From the NCBI GenBank assembly GCA_035649995.1, contig DASRIM010000061.1:1-62771 (forward strand): a DNA stretch of 62,771 bases. Reading direction: 5' to 3'. The notes under the pieces were generated by a model. It ran no database searches, had not been told where the DNA came from, and was given only the letters and a program-made list of their open reading frames with translations. This stretch comes from Pyrinomonadaceae bacterium (GTDB taxonomy: Bacteria; Acidobacteriota; Blastocatellia; Pyrinomonadales; Pyrinomonadaceae). Below, piece after piece: positions 60,775 to 62,771 of the stretch (position 1 is its first letter; each line of letters opens with the position of its first letter). Both the position numbers and the translations under genes were made by a program.

Positions 60775-62771
60775 TTAATTTGCCTCCTCGATGAGACGAA
60801 CGATTTCGCTGGTCTTCGCCAGTCCGTACGTACGTGTCCACGAACCATTCGCGTCATTCCCGATGAGTATCGTCGGCGAATGATCTTCACGGCGCGCGGA
60901 AGAAGCGCCGAGCGCGCGCAGCAGTTCGTCAACCTGTTGCTTGTTTCCGGTTACGAACGTCCAACCCGGACCGGCGTGGAATTTCGTGCCCCACGCTTTT
61001 AGACGTTCAGGAGTGTCGGTCGCGGGATCGACGCTGATGGAAATGAAGCGCACGTCACCGGCTTTGTCGCCCAACTCTTTCTGCACGCGTGCGAACGTCG
61101 CGCCGAGCGGCGGACAGATCGTCGTACACGTCGTAAAGATGAAGTTGATCACTACCTTCTGACCTTTAACGAGGTCGGTGTAGAAATTAATCTTCCGTCC
61201 GTTCTGGTCCAACAGTTCGACATCCGGAATATTCATCTTCTGACCGGCAACGGGGACCGTTGTGTCTTCGGCGACATCTTTCTTTTCATTCGGATCGACA
61301 AGACGCAGATCCATGCCGCACTTCGGACATCTGCCCTTCTTCTTCGACGTCACATCCGGGTGCATCGGACATGAATAAGTTTTCAGTTGCGCATGATTGT
61401 GGTGTGTTGCGGCTGCGGCCGGCGCCGGCGTGCCCTTCAGTGTCAGAAACGGCAGTTGCCGGAAACCGACTCCCTGCGATCTGCTCTCGACGAAGACGAA
61501 ATACACACCGGTTTGCGGGACCTTGATGTCGAGCTCATAAACGCCTTCGCCGACTGACCGAGCGAAGTCGCGTTTCTGCCACGTCCCTGACGACAACATC
61601 GTCAACACACGCACGTCATTCAGATCGCTCCTGGCCTTCGCCGTCGCGGTGTCGACAACCTTGAAGCGCAGCTTGAAGTTTTCGCCGACGCGCGCCTCTT
61701 TTTCCTTGTTCAGGTATTCGATCCGGATCGCGATCTTTTTCTCGCGCGGGACGTCCGGGTTCGGCTTCGCCTCGGCAGTGAAACAATGCGTGACACGCGG
61801 CGAGTCGAGCAGAAAAGCGACGTCGTAGATGCCGCTCTTCGGCAGTTTCGTCGTGGTCGTGTAAACGCCCGCAGTCGTTTCGCGCAGCGAACGATCTACG
61901 ACCATCACCGCGCGCGGATTGCGGCGGTAGTTTTGAAAACTGCCCATCGGAGCAGCCATGCCTTCCGAGTAGTAATAGATGACGCGATCCGCAGGGTTCG
62001 CGACGAGCATGGAGTTACCTTCCGGCGCGGGCACCATTACGTCGGCGCTGCTCGCCTCGCCGCGCGCTTCCGTTGGAGCGTTTTGTCCGCCGGGGAACTT
62101 CGCGATGTCCGGCTGATTCGTCAACGTGCTCAGACGGACCATGCTGACTTCAGTCGAACCGGCGGAGCGGAGATACGCAAACGTGTCAGTGAACGCGATC
62201 TGATCGGGAGTTTTGTCCACAGTGATCGTGTGCGCGAGACGATTCGTCGAAGCGTCGAAAACGTAGACGACGTTCTCCTTCGGATTCGCCGCGAAGCCCC
62301 AGCGGCCGCCGGGAGCGAAGCGCACGTTAACGAGACCGGCCTTCGCCTGAATACGGGTCTCGATTTCATGACTGTGCGTGTCTACTACGGTGATCGTTCC
62401 TTCTGTTTCGTTCACCACGTAGACGGCGTTGCCGAGCGCCGAGAAAGCGAGCGACGTGGCCGTGGCGCCGATTTTCAGATCCTTGATCTTTGCGAGCTTC
62501 TGAACGTCGACGACCGTGAGCGTGCCGTCTTCCGAGTTGGTAACGAACGCGAAGCGGCTGTCCTTGCTGAAGTCGATCTCGTGCTGGCCTCTGCCGGTGG
62601 GCACCTGGGCCACGACTTTGAGCGTGGTGGTGTCGATCACGGTGACGCCGCCGGATTCAGCGCCGTCGTTGCCGACCCACAAGTATCTCTCGTCAGGTTG
62701 CAAACGCACGCGCGCCGGGTTCGAGCCGGTGTCGACGTTCGCGATGACTTTCCACGTGTTGGTGTCGACGA
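60775..62771 (-). CDS. Multidomain beta-propeller (YVTN-type) + Ig-like + CPxH...CPxC heavy-metal-binding + SCO1/SenC fusion (5' end off window)
   Basis: The frame stays open to the right edge (VDTNTWKVIANVDTGSNPARVRLQPD...); the track 'M' at 62709 is a GTG. It has propeller repeats, YSCPMHPDVTSKKKGRCPKCGMDL (nt ~61306-61377) and IFTTCTTICPPLG. Confidence 0.85.
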   Translation of the reverse strand, partial: VDTNTWKVIANVDTGSNPARVRLQPDERYLWVGNDGAESGGVTVIDTTTLKVVAQVPTGRGQHEIDFSKDSRFAFVTNSEDGTLTVVDVQKLAKIKDLKIGATATSLAFSALGNAVYVVNETEGTITVVDTHSHEIETRIQAKAGLVNVRFAPGGRWGFAANPKENVVYVFDASTNRLAHTITVDKTPDQIAFTDTFAYLRSAGSTEVSMVRLSTLTNQPDIAKFPGGQNAPTEARGEASSADVMVPAPEGNSMLVANPADRVIYYYSEGMAAPMGSFQNYRRNPRAVMVVDRSLRETTAGVYTTTTKLPKSGIYDVAFLLDSPRVTHCFTAEAKPNPDVPREKKIAIRIEYLNKEKEARVGENFKLRFKVVDTATAKARSDLNDVRVLTMLSSGTWQKRDFARSVGEGVYELDIKVPQTGVYFVFVESRSQGVGFRQLPFLTLKGTPAPAAAATHHNHAQLKTYSCPMHPDVTSKKKGRCPKCGMDLRLVDPNEKKDVAEDTTVPVAGQKMNIPDVELLDQNGRKINFYTDLVKGQKVVINFIFTTCTTICPPLGATFARVQKELGDKAGDVRFISISVDPATDTPERLKAWGTKFHAGPGWTFVTGNKQQVDELLRALGASSARREDHSPTILIGNDANGSWTRTYGLAKTSEIVRLIEEAN

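Overview
GC-rich bacterial chromosomal window. It is probably from an Acidobacteria-type genome; this is an inference from a TIGR03436-style 'VWFA-related acidobacterial' protein, a PEP-CTERM protein and many exported TPR/CHAT/FG-GAP proteins. I found no rRNA, tRNA, CRISPR array, transposase or integrase.

(1) Positions 1-16981, minus strand: one tightly packed, co-directional type VI secretion operon, tssJ-K-L-M-A-B-C-hcp-tssE-F-G-vgrG-DUF4280(PAAR-like). That is 12 of the 13 core genes. clpV/tssH is not in the window and the cluster runs off the left edge. The most unusual point is that TssG carries a C-terminal cyclic-nucleotide-binding-like domain. A ~50-nt conserved element also occurs in both the hcp-tssE and tssE-tssF spacers.

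(2) Positions 17.4-28.2 kb: housekeeping and accessory genes. These are an MBL-fold hydrolase, YihY/BrkB, a galactofuranose set (glycosyltransferase, glf, GH2), a DUF2231 protein, an SDR and a DUF2071 protein.

(3) Positions 28.4-31.2 kb: cyanophycin synthetase with no adjacent cyanophycinase. A secreted S51 (cyanophycinase-like) peptidase lies about 17 kb away.

(4) Two copies of a long hairpin repeat built from GGCACAAAAG-type units (25349-25498 and 31184-31344).

(5) Positions 31.3-40.9 kb: a ferritin-like diiron pair, a DUF1469/DUF3618 stress-type trio, a TPR-Wza-like exporter plus ankyrin protein plus PEP-CTERM protein, a DUF3455 protein and an ICMT-family methyltransferase.

(6) Positions 41.2-55.7 kb: two sigma/anti-sigma modules embedded among exported proteins. 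CHAT-TPR 1 is convergent with S51-sigma(long)-anti-sigma-FG-GAP/FN3. This is followed by VWA, then ECF sigma-anti-sigma-CHAT-TPR 2 with a recognisable ECF-type promoter.

(7) Positions 55.7-62.8 kb, minus strand: five co-directional exported redox/copper genes. In transcription order they are a beta-propeller-HMBD-SCO fusion (5' end off the right edge), SCO, a cytochrome c-PBP fusion, SurA_N-DsbA and a di-haem peroxidase.

All functional calls rest on by-eye motif recognition in the supplied translations. No database search was run.
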